From positions 96,001 through 160,000 of the forward strand of contig CAVOVB010000002.1 in NCBI GenBank assembly GCA_963699755.1: a stretch of 64,000 nucleotides of DNA. The letters are read 5' to 3'. The translations under genes and the position numbers were made by a program. This stretch comes from an uncultured delta proteobacterium. GTDB taxonomy: Bacteria > Myxococcota_A > Polyangia > Polyangiales > Houyiibacteriaceae. Positions 1 to 9,355 of this stretch are shown here, piece after piece (the stretch's first letter is position 1; every line of letters starts with the position of its first letter). The notes beneath the pieces are model-generated. The model was not told where the DNA came from, did not search any database, and saw only the letters and a program-made list of their open reading frames with translations.

Positions 1-414
1 CTGGTGAAGATGACGGCTTTCGACCTGGGTCAAGAGAACGTGGTCGGAGTGCGGCTCCCGATTCTAAAGGAGGTTGAGTGCCAGGTGGAGGAATACTCAC
101 CACTTGCCAAACCTCCTTGGGTCGACGCGCTGGTCGAACGCCTTGGCGATGCGGCGGAGGCCCGAACTCGCATCCAGGTAGCGGCGGAGAGGGTTCGCAT
201 CCTGTCGCGCGCAGAGAGACGCGTTACGCAGCGCGTGAACCTCTTCGAGAAGATACTGATTCCGAGGACCCGGAAAAACATTGAACGCATCCAGATCTGG
301 CTTGGTGACATAGGAAGAGCCGCGGTGGTGCAGGGGAAACTGGCGAAGGCCCGGCAGCTGCATGATGCGGCTCCTGCGGAGGACGAGGAGGCAGCGTGGC
401 GATCGTCCCTTTGA
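1..414 (+). CDS. atpD: V/A-type ATP synthase subunit D (5' truncated at window edge)
   Basis: ENVVGVRLP and TQRVNLFEKILIP motifs of subunit D; overlaps the start of subunit I. Confidence 0.9.
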   Translation: MVKMTAFDLGQENVVGVRLPILKEVECQVEEYSPLAKPPWVDALVERLGDAAEARTRIQVAAERVRILSRAERRVTQRVNLFEKILIPRTRKNIERIQIWLGDIGRAAVVQGKLAKARQLHDAAPAEDEEAAWRSSL

Positions 415-2159
415 GCAAGGTCACCCTGGTGGGGCACCAGGGTGAAAAGGAACGAGTCCTCGAGGACCTGCAGGAGCTCGGCTGCCTCGAGATCGTCTCT
501 CTTGCGCAGGACGTGGCGCCTCTCGCAGACCCGTCGAAACGAAGTCGCGACGCGCTGAGCTATCTCGAGCAGTGCCGCCAGAAGCAGCGACCGGTAACCA
601 ATCTCGCCCAGTTCAATGCCGTGGAGGTCGAGGAGGAGATTTCGGAGCTCCGAGAGCGAACGCACGAGCTGGAGCTCGAGCGGGACGCGCTCGTGCACCG
701 CATCGAGGCACTTGCACCCTGGGGCGACTTCGAATTCCCGCCCGAAGGAGACTTGGGGGCACAGCGCTTGTGGTTCTATGTCGTGCCACAGAACCGCTTG
801 CGTGACCTGGACGCATCGAACCTGACCTGGGAGGAGATCAAGCGCGTCGGGCGAAACGCCTATGTGGTCGTGCTCGCAGAGCTGGAGCCCGAGGACGTAC
901 CAGTCCCGCGAGTGCGGACCGGCGCTGTCTCGCGCAACGCGCTCGAGCGTAGGCTAGAGGAGGTGGAGCTCGAGCTCGAGGATGCATCGCTCGAAAGGAT
1001 TCGCCTCACCCGCTGGAGCAGCCTGCTATCCCGCAGCCTGGCTGCCCTCGAGGACCGAGCGGCTCGCAAGCTCGCAGCCGACCAGTGTTACGATTCCGGT
1101 CCAGTTTTCGCGCTCCGGGCATGGGCGCCGACCGAGGCCTTGGAAGCGCTCGGAGCCTACGCCGCGAGGCACGGCATCGCCATGGAGGCCGCCGATCCGG
1201 GTCCAGACGATCAACCGCCAACCCTTCTTCGCAACTCGGAGCGCATGCAAGGCGGCGAGGACCTGGTCAACTTCTACAAGACCCCCGGCTACGGCAGCTG
1301 GGACCCCTCCTCGGTTGTCCTGTTCTCGTTCGCGGTCTTTTTCGCGATGATCATCTCGGACGCTGGCTACGGGATGATCTTGGCGTTCCTGCTGGCGTAC
1401 TTCTGGAGCAGGCTGTCGAGCTCCGCCACAGGACGCCGCTGGCGTTGGGTCCTGTCGATCCTCGCAGTGACCACGGTCGTCTACGGCGCTCTAGTAGGCT
1501 CGTTTTTCGGGGTCACGCCGGCTCCAGACACGTTCCTCTCGAGGCTGGCCGTCTTGGATGTCAGGGATGCCAAGGCCATGATGGCATTGTCGATCACGAT
1601 CGGAACGATTCACGTGATGGTAGGCAATCTCATGAACGCAAGGCGCTACGGCTGGAGTCCTCGTGCCTTGCCCTCGCTCGGATGGGCGATGTTCGTGCTC
1701 GCGGGGTACTCGCTATTGGTGGCTTCTCAGGTCGGAGCGGACTGGCTGCGTCGACCGGCCGTCGCTGTGGCCATCGTCGGCCTGGTTCTGGTCTTCGCGT
1801 TCTCGGGGTACGGAGCTCGTCCTTTGGCTCGTCTGGGGAAGGGGCTCGTGGGACTGACACGGATCACCGGGGCGTTTGGAGATGTTCTGAGCTACCTGAG
1901 GCTCTTCGCCTTGGGCCTTGCCTCCGCGTCGCTTGCAATCGCGTTCAACGGAATGGCCGCCGACGCCCGGGAAGGCATTCCTGGCGTGGGTCTCCTTGCG
2001 GCTCTGATCATTCTCGTCATCGGGCACAGCTTGAACCTCCTGTTGGCCGTTGCTAGCGGTTTCATTCACGGACTACGATTGAACGTCATCGAATTCCTCA
2101 ACTGGGGACTTCCGGAGGAGGGTCCTCTCTTCCGGCCATTCAAGAAGAAAGGTGTGTGA
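396..2159 (+). CDS. atpI: V/A-type ATP synthase subunit I (a)
   Basis: PPTLLRN, FFAMIISDAGYG, DVLSYLRLFALGLA (essential Arg), RLNVIEF; multi-TM C-terminus. Confidence 0.95.
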   Translation: MAIVPLSKVTLVGHQGEKERVLEDLQELGCLEIVSLAQDVAPLADPSKRSRDALSYLEQCRQKQRPVTNLAQFNAVEVEEEISELRERTHELELERDALVHRIEALAPWGDFEFPPEGDLGAQRLWFYVVPQNRLRDLDASNLTWEEIKRVGRNAYVVVLAELEPEDVPVPRVRTGAVSRNALERRLEEVELELEDASLERIRLTRWSSLLSRSLAALEDRAARKLAADQCYDSGPVFALRAWAPTEALEALGAYAARHGIAMEAADPGPDDQPPTLLRNSERMQGGEDLVNFYKTPGYGSWDPSSVVLFSFAVFFAMIISDAGYGMILAFLLAYFWSRLSSSATGRRWRWVLSILAVTTVVYGALVGSFFGVTPAPDTFLSRLAVLDVRDAKAMMALSITIGTIHVMVGNLMNARRYGWSPRALPSLGWAMFVLAGYSLLVASQVGADWLRRPAVAVAIVGLVLVFAFSGYGARPLARLGKGLVGLTRITGAFGDVLSYLRLFALGLASASLAIAFNGMAADAREGIPGVGLLAALIILVIGHSLNLLLAVASGFIHGLRLNVIEFLNWGLPEEGPLFRPFKKKGV

Positions 2160-2162
2160 TCC

Positions 2163-2609
2163 TTGGAACCCCTCGTCTTGATCATGGGATGGCTGGGCAT
2201 CTTCTCCCCCCTGGCCTTGGGTGCCATCGGCAGCATGCTCGGGGTCGGCAGGGGCGGGATGGCCGCGGCCGGCGCAATGCTCGAAGTGGAGAGCGGCTAC
2301 GGCCGCTTCGTCGGGGTGGCGGCGATGCCATCGTCCCAGACCATCTACGGCATCGTTGTGATGTTAACGCTCAACCGCACCGTTACCTTGCAAAACTCGC
2401 CCGGCCTTTTCGTCTTGGGAGCGCTCACTGGCGTGGCCCTTCTCGTCAGCGCAATGGCGCAGGGAAGCGCCTGTGCGGCCTCCATCAACACCTCGAAGTC
2501 GAAGCCCGAAGTGTTCGGGATCTCCGTCGCTCCCGCGGCTGTGATCGAGGGCTTCGCCGTCTTCGTTTTCGTGTTCGCGCTGGTGCTTGCTGGCGCCATT
2601 CCGAAATGA
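2163..2609 (+). CDS. atpK: V/A-type ATP synthase subunit K (4-TM proteolipid c)
   Basis: MPSSQTIYG, SAMAQG, VIEGFAVF; TTG start. Confidence 0.93.
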   Translation: MEPLVLIMGWLGIFSPLALGAIGSMLGVGRGGMAAAGAMLEVESGYGRFVGVAAMPSSQTIYGIVVMLTLNRTVTLQNSPGLFVLGALTGVALLVSAMAQGSACAASINTSKSKPEVFGISVAPAAVIEGFAVFVFVFALVLAGAIPK

Positions 2610-2617
2610 GGTGACGC

Positions 2618-3277
2618 ATGAGCGAGCCAGATGTGAAATCTTCGGGCGTCAAGAAGCTCATCGACCGAATTCGTGACGAAGGAGTCCACTCAGCGCGGGA
2701 GGAAGCCGATCGAATTCTGACGGAAGCCAAAGCACAAGCTGCCCGCATCGTCACGGACGCCAAAGCGGAAGCTACGGCGATCAAGACTGAAGCGCGAACC
2801 GCGATGGAACGGGAGCAGACGGCGACCATCGAGGCCTTGCGAATCGCGGCACGGGACACCAGCCTGGAGCTCCGCTCCGCGATCATGTCCGCTTTTGAAG
2901 AGCACGTGCGTCGACTCGTGACCGACGTGACCACGGATGGCTCCGTGCTCCGCGACATGATCTTGGTCCTCGCCGGGAGGGCGGCGGAAGATCTGATCAA
3001 AGACAAAGATGCCGTCATCCTCGTTCCCGATCGGCTGGGGGATGAAGTCTCGGCGGAGCTCGATGAGTTTCTCCGGAAATCGGCCGTGGCTTTCTCTGCA
3101 GACGTGTTGCGAAAGGGCATCGAGCTGATTCCCTCGAGTGAGTTCCAAGGCGGGGCGCGCGTCCGATTGGTCGGCGAGGACCTCGAGATCGACCTGAGCG
3201 ACGAAGCGCTATCTGAGATGATGCTGAGTTTGCTTCTGCCCCGCTACCGGAAGATCCTCGTCGAGGCAGGGCAGTGA
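2618..3277 (+). CDS. atpE: V/A-type ATP synthase subunit E
   Basis: N-terminal coiled coil LIDRIRDEGV..AREEADRILTEAK; GAGG SD; operon position. Confidence 0.85.
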   Translation: MSEPDVKSSGVKKLIDRIRDEGVHSAREEADRILTEAKAQAARIVTDAKAEATAIKTEARTAMEREQTATIEALRIAARDTSLELRSAIMSAFEEHVRRLVTDVTTDGSVLRDMILVLAGRAAEDLIKDKDAVILVPDRLGDEVSAELDEFLRKSAVAFSADVLRKGIELIPSSEFQGGARVRLVGEDLEIDLSDEALSEMMLSLLLPRYRKILVEAGQ

Positions 3278-3945
3278 GACGACGCTACTATCAGCTCGTG
3301 GCCAGTCTTCCAGCGCTGCCCGACTTCCGCGGGGCAAGGCTACTGCCTTTGAGCCGTCTGCGCCTCGAGGAACGACTATCGCTCCTGCATCCAGATGACT
3401 TGAAGGACCTGAACAGGGCCCAGCGTCTGCTCAGCTGGCATCGCCATCCGGTCAGTCGGACGACGGCGCAGATCCATGCCATGTATGAAGACGTCACGGC
3501 CAACAACCGCAACCAAGAGCTCTTGAACGCGGTAAATTTCCGGATGAACGCACGGACGATCGTGGTGGCCCTTCGTCAGAGACGCCAGGGAAAAGCCGCC
3601 CCATCCGGGAAATGGGGCATCGGGATGTATGCTCGGATCATCGAGTCCCGTTGGACGGAGCCGGAGTTCGGGCTGGGCGCTGTCTTTCCATGGATTCCCG
3701 AGGCGCAGGCGTTCCTGGACCAGGGCAATGCGATGGAGCTCGAGAAGCTCTTGATGGGTCAGTCCTGGAAGAAGCTGAGCCAGATCTCCGACGCATACCC
3801 GTTTGGGTTCGAGCAGGTCTTCGCCTTCGCTTACAAATGGGACATTCTCCACCGGTGGCTGTCCTACGACTCGGAGAAGGCGCGTGACCGTTTCGAGGAA
3901 CTGATATCGGAGGTGACGAGTGACCACCAAAACCTCTTCTCCTGA
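3274..3945 (+). CDS. DUF2764 family protein (V-ATPase subunit C-like)
   Basis: YYQLVASLP N-terminus and FGFEQVFAFAYK..ILHRW; sits between E and A. Confidence 0.8.
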   Translation: MRRRYYQLVASLPALPDFRGARLLPLSRLRLEERLSLLHPDDLKDLNRAQRLLSWHRHPVSRTTAQIHAMYEDVTANNRNQELLNAVNFRMNARTIVVALRQRRQGKAAPSGKWGIGMYARIIESRWTEPEFGLGAVFPWIPEAQAFLDQGNAMELEKLLMGQSWKKLSQISDAYPFGFEQVFAFAYKWDILHRWLSYDSEKARDRFEELISEVTSDHQNLFS

Positions 3946-5767
3946 TCCAGGCAACTCGAGCGGCGACCAATCCCGACGCGCCCCCATCGTGGCCGTCCAA
4001 GAGAGTCTGGTCAGCATCAGTGTCCGCGAGACGAGAGTCATGAAGAACGAGGTCGGCTATGTGCTTCTCGGGGAGCAGCGTCTCAAGTCCGAGGTGCTTC
4101 GCATCCAGAATCAAGTGGCGGACTTGCAGGTCTTCGAAGACACCTCCGGGGTCAAGGTCGGGGACGAGGTCGAGTTGACAGGCGAGATGCTGTCGGTGAC
4201 GCTCGCTCCCGGCATTCTCGGGAAGGTGTATGACGGGCTTCAGAACCCCTTGGCCTTGTTGGCGGAAAGGCATGGTTTCCTGCTGCCCCGTGGCGCCGAT
4301 GTCGACCCCGTGGACAGCGAGAAACGCTGGGACTTCACGCCGACGGTTTCAAAGGGTCAGACCCTGGTGGCGGGACAGGTCTTGGGGACGGTTCCCGAGG
4401 GGATTTTCGAACACAAGATCATGGTGCCCTTCGACGAACCGGCCGCAGTGAAGGTAGGCTGGATCAACCGGGGTAACCTCACGATCAACGATCCGGTCGC
4501 CCGCCTGGTTCGACCGAGCGGCGAAGAACGGAACCTTACGATGGCGCAGCGATGGCCGGTGCGACGCCCGCTTCCCGAACGCATGCTCCGGCAGCGCATG
4601 GCCGAGCGTGTCTATCCGACCGAACCGCTGACCACCACACAGCGGATTATCGACACGATGATCCCCATCGCACGGGGAGGCACGGCCTGCATCCCAGGGC
4701 CTTTCGGTTCGGGCAAGACGGTGCTGCAAAGCCTCATCTCCCGACACTCCGCGGTGGACATCGTGATCATCATCGCCTGCGGAGAACGGGCGGGCGAAGT
4801 GGTGGAGACGATCACGGAATACCCAGAGACGATCGACCCCCGGACAGGCGGCTCGTTGATGGACCGCACGATCATCATCTGCAACACGTCCTCGATGCCG
4901 GTCGCCGCTCGGGAATCGTCCATCTACACCGGTATCACGCTAGGGGAGTACTACCGACAGATGGGATACGACGTCTTGTGCATCGCGGACTCGACCTCGC
5001 GTTGGGCCCAGGCCATGCGCGAGACCTCGGGGCGAATGGAAGAGATCCCGGGAGAGGAGGCCTTCCCTGCCTACCTCGACTCTTCGATCAAGAGCCTCTA
5101 CGAGCGGGCCGGCCTCATCCGCGGACCCGACGGCCAGATGGGAAGCCTCACGTTCATCGGCACCGTGTCGCCCGCTGGTGGAAATTTCGAGGAGCCGGTG
5201 ACCCAGGCGACCCTCGCCACCGTGAAAACCTTCTTGGGCCTTTCCGCGGATCGCGCATACAAGCGCTTCTACCCTGCCATCGATCCGCTCATTTCCTGGT
5301 CGCGCTACCTGGACCAAATGAGCGACTGGTACGCCCAGAACCTGTCCCCGACCTGGGTCGGGGATGTCAAAGCGGCCCACGAGCTTCTCCACCGGGGCGA
5401 CGACATCTATCAAATGATGCAAGTCACGGGGGAGGAAGGGACCACTATGAACGACTTCCTGACCTGGCAGAAATCGGTCTTCTTGGACATGGTTTTCCTG
5501 CAGCAGGACGCTTTCGACTCCGTCGACTCCTCCATGCCCCTCGGGCGACAAAGAAAGAGCTTCGAGCTCGTGAAGCGGGTCGTCGAAGCAGACTTCGCCA
5601 TTGACGATCGCGATACGGCCCGGGATTTCTTCACGCGCCTGACCAGCCTCTACAAGAATCTCAACTACAGCCCGGACGATTCCGCGGAATACGCCCGCTA
5701 CCTCCGCGAGATCAAGGACCTAGTCGATTCGAAGCGAGTGAAGGTCGCAGACGACGAGGCGTCGTGA
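3920..5767 (+). CDS. atpA: V/A-type ATP synthase catalytic subunit A
   Basis: Walker A GPFGSGKT, ACGERAGE, ADSTSRWAQAMRE, PGEEAFPAYL. Confidence 0.97.
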   Translation: MTTKTSSPDPGNSSGDQSRRAPIVAVQESLVSISVRETRVMKNEVGYVLLGEQRLKSEVLRIQNQVADLQVFEDTSGVKVGDEVELTGEMLSVTLAPGILGKVYDGLQNPLALLAERHGFLLPRGADVDPVDSEKRWDFTPTVSKGQTLVAGQVLGTVPEGIFEHKIMVPFDEPAAVKVGWINRGNLTINDPVARLVRPSGEERNLTMAQRWPVRRPLPERMLRQRMAERVYPTEPLTTTQRIIDTMIPIARGGTACIPGPFGSGKTVLQSLISRHSAVDIVIIIACGERAGEVVETITEYPETIDPRTGGSLMDRTIIICNTSSMPVAARESSIYTGITLGEYYRQMGYDVLCIADSTSRWAQAMRETSGRMEEIPGEEAFPAYLDSSIKSLYERAGLIRGPDGQMGSLTFIGTVSPAGGNFEEPVTQATLATVKTFLGLSADRAYKRFYPAIDPLISWSRYLDQMSDWYAQNLSPTWVGDVKAAHELLHRGDDIYQMMQVTGEEGTTMNDFLTWQKSVFLDMVFLQQDAFDSVDSSMPLGRQRKSFELVKRVVEADFAIDDRDTARDFFTRLTSLYKNLNYSPDDSAEYARYLREIKDLVDSKRVKVADDEAS

Positions 5768-6291
5768 ACCGCTCGACGACGACGAGAGAGGGAAACGAGA
5801 CGTCGGACAGCATTGGCCGTATTCTGACGGCCGTCGCATTTCTGGCTGTGTTCGGCTGTTCTGTGGACGGGCCTGGCGCTTCACAACCCGATGGCGGGGC
5901 GGGCCTTTCACAACTCGACGGAGAAAGCTACGCGCTGCAAGTGGACCGAATCGCCCGCAATCCGGACGTGCAATTCCCTTTCGAGGCACTCGAGGAAACT
6001 GACTACGAGCGGGTCGAAGATGGCAATCTGTATGACCTGAGTTTTTCTGAAGACGGCAAAACCGTCTCCGTAGCGGGTCCCTCTCCCGGAGAAGCACCGC
6101 TGATCATGACCGGAGGCATTGCGGTCGATACTGAAGATTTTCGACGATATGCTATTGAAGAAGGTCTATTTGCTGGGGGTCGATTCAACGTTTGGATTGA
6201 CGACGACCATTTCGAAGCGGAGCTCACCGTCTATGGGTCCGGCATCCCCATCGTCCGAAGCGAACGAGGCCGATTGCTAGCCGTCAACTGA
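5764..6291 (+). CDS. Hypothetical lipoprotein
   Basis: GTGA overlap with atpA; hydrophobic stretch ending in lipobox-like VFGC; acidic mature part. Confidence 0.65.
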   Translation: MNRSTTTREGNETSDSIGRILTAVAFLAVFGCSVDGPGASQPDGGAGLSQLDGESYALQVDRIARNPDVQFPFEALEETDYERVEDGNLYDLSFSEDGKTVSVAGPSPGEAPLIMTGGIAVDTEDFRRYAIEEGLFAGGRFNVWIDDDHFEAELTVYGSGIPIVRSERGRLLAVN

Positions 6292-6319
6292 GGGGAGCCT
6301 GATTGCGACCAGGCTCCCC
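6292..6319. terminator. GC-rich hairpin between convergent genes (possible bidirectional terminator or pause site)
   Basis: Perfect 10-bp inverted repeat GGGGAGCCTG-N8-CAGGCTCCCC immediately after the stop codon; no U-tract. Confidence 0.55.
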
Positions 6320-6352
6320 GCTGCATGTGCTCGCAACCGCTCCCGTCTCGCC

Positions 6353-7807
6353 CTAGGGAACCCGTAGCGACTTCGCGTTCTCGACCACGATTTCATGCAC
6401 CAGCCCACGAAGCTCGCGCCGAGTGTCCCTCGGGACATCTCGGTACTTCTTTTGAATCTTCGAAACGGTTTTGCTGAGCCTACGTCGCGTGGACTTGTCG
6501 AGTTGCTCGAGGATCTTGGGGCCGCTTTCCTTCGGTTCGGGAAGCTCTTGCTTGGCATGTGCCCAGGCCTGAATTCGGTCGAAGTGGTCGAGCGCTCTGG
6601 CGAGAAGCACGAAAGGGAAATTGAGTGATGGGTGGGGCCCCACTCGGACTCTGTAGCCGTCTTTCGGATCTCGCATGGCGGACATCGCTTGCTCGGCCAC
6701 GTTGGAGGCGCTCGCAAATCGACGCGTGAGCTCGTAAAGCCCCACGCCGAGCCCGCCCAGCCCGCCAAGCACGGTTCCCGCGAACACCGACGCGAAGCCC
6801 ACCGCAGCGTCGACCGCCCCACCCGCAGCTGCGCCGGTAAGCGTCGTCAGCGTCAGAAGTGCCCTGGGCGAGAGACCCATGACGTCCCAGGTTTCTTGGG
6901 CGAAGAGATCATCGTGCGAATCGAGCGCGATCTCGGTCTCGGGCATCCAGTGGTCGAGACGATGCAGATAGACCTCCCCGATCTTCCGGTGGGCCTTGCG
7001 TTCGATGGCGCGAAGCCTGTCATGAAACTCTCGCTCGAGGCGTAGTCGCTCGTGGGGCAAAGCGAGCTCATCAGGTAGCACGACGCTCATGTGCAGCGTC
7101 AGCGCATCGAGCATCATGTCGGAAATGATGTTGGCGACCTGATAGCGTCGCTGCTCCTCCTGGGCCCGCAGCGCATCGACCCCTTCGACGATCGAGCGCT
7201 CCCATGAAGGCTCTAGCGTTGCGAAGGCCTCGAGAAGCTTACGGCGCTCTTCCCAGGTCACTGCATGGGCGTCGAAAAGCCTGACGAGCTTGAAATACTG
7301 AGTGAGCGCACGCCGCCAGTCTTCGATGTGCTCGCCCGAGCCGCTGCGGTTGATCAGGGCCATGGCCGGTTGCCCCGTGTAGCGAAGCACCTCCATTTCC
7401 GTTTCGTAGTTCTTTCGGTAAGGCTCGTCCCCATTGACCACGTAGAGGATCGCCGCCCCATCGAGAATGGGCCGAAGAAGACGACGCTCTTCTACGAAGT
7501 CGTCGCTATCCTCGAATGCATCGACGAATTCACGTACGCGTTCGACTCGATCGGCGGCCGTCACCTCTCGCTGCTTGATCCAGTGAAGGGCACGCGGCGC
7601 GTCTTCGAACCCGGGGGTGTCGATGACCGAAAACAAGACTTGGTCGTCGACCTCGACGTCATAGCGAACACACTCCGTGGTCGTGCCCGGACGCGGCGAA
7701 ATCTTGACCGCGTCGTTCTCGATCAGGCTCGCGATCACGCTCGACTTGCCCTTGTTGACGCGACCGACCACCGCAAAGCGCGGACCTTCGTCACTCCCAT
7801 TGCTCAT
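6353..7807 (-). CDS. GTPase / DUF3482 domain protein
   Basis: G1 GRVNKGKSS, G2 PGTT, G3 DTPG, G4-like INRS; ATGA overlap with the upstream gene places the start at 7807. Confidence 0.85.
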   Translation of the reverse strand: MSNGSDEGPRFAVVGRVNKGKSSVIASLIENDAVKISPRPGTTTECVRYDVEVDDQVLFSVIDTPGFEDAPRALHWIKQREVTAADRVERVREFVDAFEDSDDFVEERRLLRPILDGAAILYVVNGDEPYRKNYETEMEVLRYTGQPAMALINRSGSGEHIEDWRRALTQYFKLVRLFDAHAVTWEERRKLLEAFATLEPSWERSIVEGVDALRAQEEQRRYQVANIISDMMLDALTLHMSVVLPDELALPHERLRLEREFHDRLRAIERKAHRKIGEVYLHRLDHWMPETEIALDSHDDLFAQETWDVMGLSPRALLTLTTLTGAAAGGAVDAAVGFASVFAGTVLGGLGGLGVGLYELTRRFASASNVAEQAMSAMRDPKDGYRVRVGPHPSLNFPFVLLARALDHFDRIQAWAHAKQELPEPKESGPKILEQLDKSTRRRLSKTVSKIQKKYRDVPRDTRRELRGLVHEIVVENAKSLRVP

Positions 7808-9279
7808 AGCGCATCCAATGCAATGTACGGATCGGCGAGCTCGGCCAGATACCCCGCCCAAACCCCACGCTGCTCATCGTTGCCACCTGGCGTCAATAGG
7901 ACGTAGATCTTTCGACTCGAGTGACCTCGCTCGCGCAGGGACTGAACCAAACGCTTGAATGCCCGATCCGGGGCGTTCCAGGGCTCGGCAAGCACCAGCA
8001 CCGGCTGCTCACTGCCCTCAAGTCTCTTCAGCAGCGCTTCATCGTCACGATGGTCGTGACCCCCGGCGCTTGCGATCGGTGGTTCGACGGTCGTGCCGAA
8101 TCGCTCTTGCAAGCGCGTCAAGAATGCCTCGTCGGCGACTTCGGCTTCTCGCCAGCGCACTGCGATGACGGGCTGGCCGCCTCTGAACTGCTGCGGCCGT
8201 CCGAGGGGCTGATGCCCTGCGCCGAGCGGCGCCACGTTGCCTGGATCGTTTTCGTGCACCTGATGCACCCGAGGGCTAGTGAGACGCATGATGACTTCGG
8301 CTTCAGCGGGCGTGTCGAACGAGAGCTTCCCAAACGCGCGATGCAGGCCCAGGCTCCCCCAGACCACGAGTACGAGCCTTGGAAGCAGTCCGTAAATCAA
8401 GAGGCACATCAGCAGAAAAGGCCACCATCCGCCCGCCACGGCCGCATCTTGGACGCGGGCACCCGCCGGTGCGTTCACGTAGGCGGCGTCGAGCCGGAAA
8501 TACCGGGTGGCCTGAACCAGATCCAAGGTTGGAACGGCATCGGGCAGCCAGAGTCGCCAGGGCAGCGCCAAACCTTCGCAGAATCGCTGAAGACCTTCGG
8601 CGCCAACTTGCAGCGTCGTGCTCCACGCGAACGCCAGGTCGGTAAACGATACCGCTGCGATGAAGGTGCCGAGTGCGCCGAGGTTGAAAGCGACGGCCCC
8701 GATTTGCATGGATCGAAAGAGAACCCAGCGCTCTACCCCGGCGTACAAGGAACGCCTCGCGAGAAATCGTCCGGTATCTTCGGCGCCCACGAGTCGCGCA
8801 ATCACCTTTCGAACCAGCGCGCTCAGGGGGAAGTGCGCGAGAAACCCAGGGGAGGAACGCGACCAGACGAAAGCCGCGATCATTGCAAGCAAGTTGATCC
8901 ACTGAAGGAATACGAACACACCCAGGACGACCAAAACGTTGATTGGGTGGTCGCCGGTGAACTGAAGCACAGCGAGCGCGACGCCGGCGCCTATCGAAGC
9001 GAACACGACGAAGACCAGCCAATTTGCAATGAGGTGTGCGCGCGCAACGCGTTCGCCCGCGGTCGGCGTCGTGCTCTGTGGCTGCAGCGAAGCGAGCCAA
9101 CGAGCCACGAGCTCCGCGGCGGTCTTCGGATCGTCCTGCCAACTCAATGCAATCGCCCGGTCTCGGGCGATGAGCTCCTGGAGGGGTCGATCACGGTCGG
9201 ACGCGAGCTGCACCTCGAAATCGATCAGCTCCGCGAGGCCGAAGCGACCCTGCTTTGAATGTCGCTCAGGCGCCGTCAC
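7804..9279 (-). CDS. DUF2868 domain membrane protein
   Basis: Several TM helices, DLAFAWSTTL and WWPFLLMCLLIYGLLPR motifs; typical partner of DUF3482 GTPases. Confidence 0.8.
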   Translation of the reverse strand: MTAPERHSKQGRFGLAELIDFEVQLASDRDRPLQELIARDRAIALSWQDDPKTAAELVARWLASLQPQSTTPTAGERVARAHLIANWLVFVVFASIGAGVALAVLQFTGDHPINVLVVLGVFVFLQWINLLAMIAAFVWSRSSPGFLAHFPLSALVRKVIARLVGAEDTGRFLARRSLYAGVERWVLFRSMQIGAVAFNLGALGTFIAAVSFTDLAFAWSTTLQVGAEGLQRFCEGLALPWRLWLPDAVPTLDLVQATRYFRLDAAYVNAPAGARVQDAAVAGGWWPFLLMCLLIYGLLPRLVLVVWGSLGLHRAFGKLSFDTPAEAEVIMRLTSPRVHQVHENDPGNVAPLGAGHQPLGRPQQFRGGQPVIAVRWREAEVADEAFLTRLQERFGTTVEPPIASAGGHDHRDDEALLKRLEGSEQPVLVLAEPWNAPDRAFKRLVQSLRERGHSSRKIYVLLTPGGNDEQRGVWAGYLAELADPYIALDAL

Positions 9280-9355
9280 GGGTCCATTTCGTACTATACC
9301 CCCGCGGCAACGCCAAGCGACAGTGGTCTATCGCATCGTCCGCTGGATTCCTGCG

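Noticed and set aside
1085..2056. Arg-rich alternative-frame ORFs inside ATPase genes (also 4552-5604)
   Set aside because: Off-frame translations of GC-rich coding DNA; no sign of a frameshift
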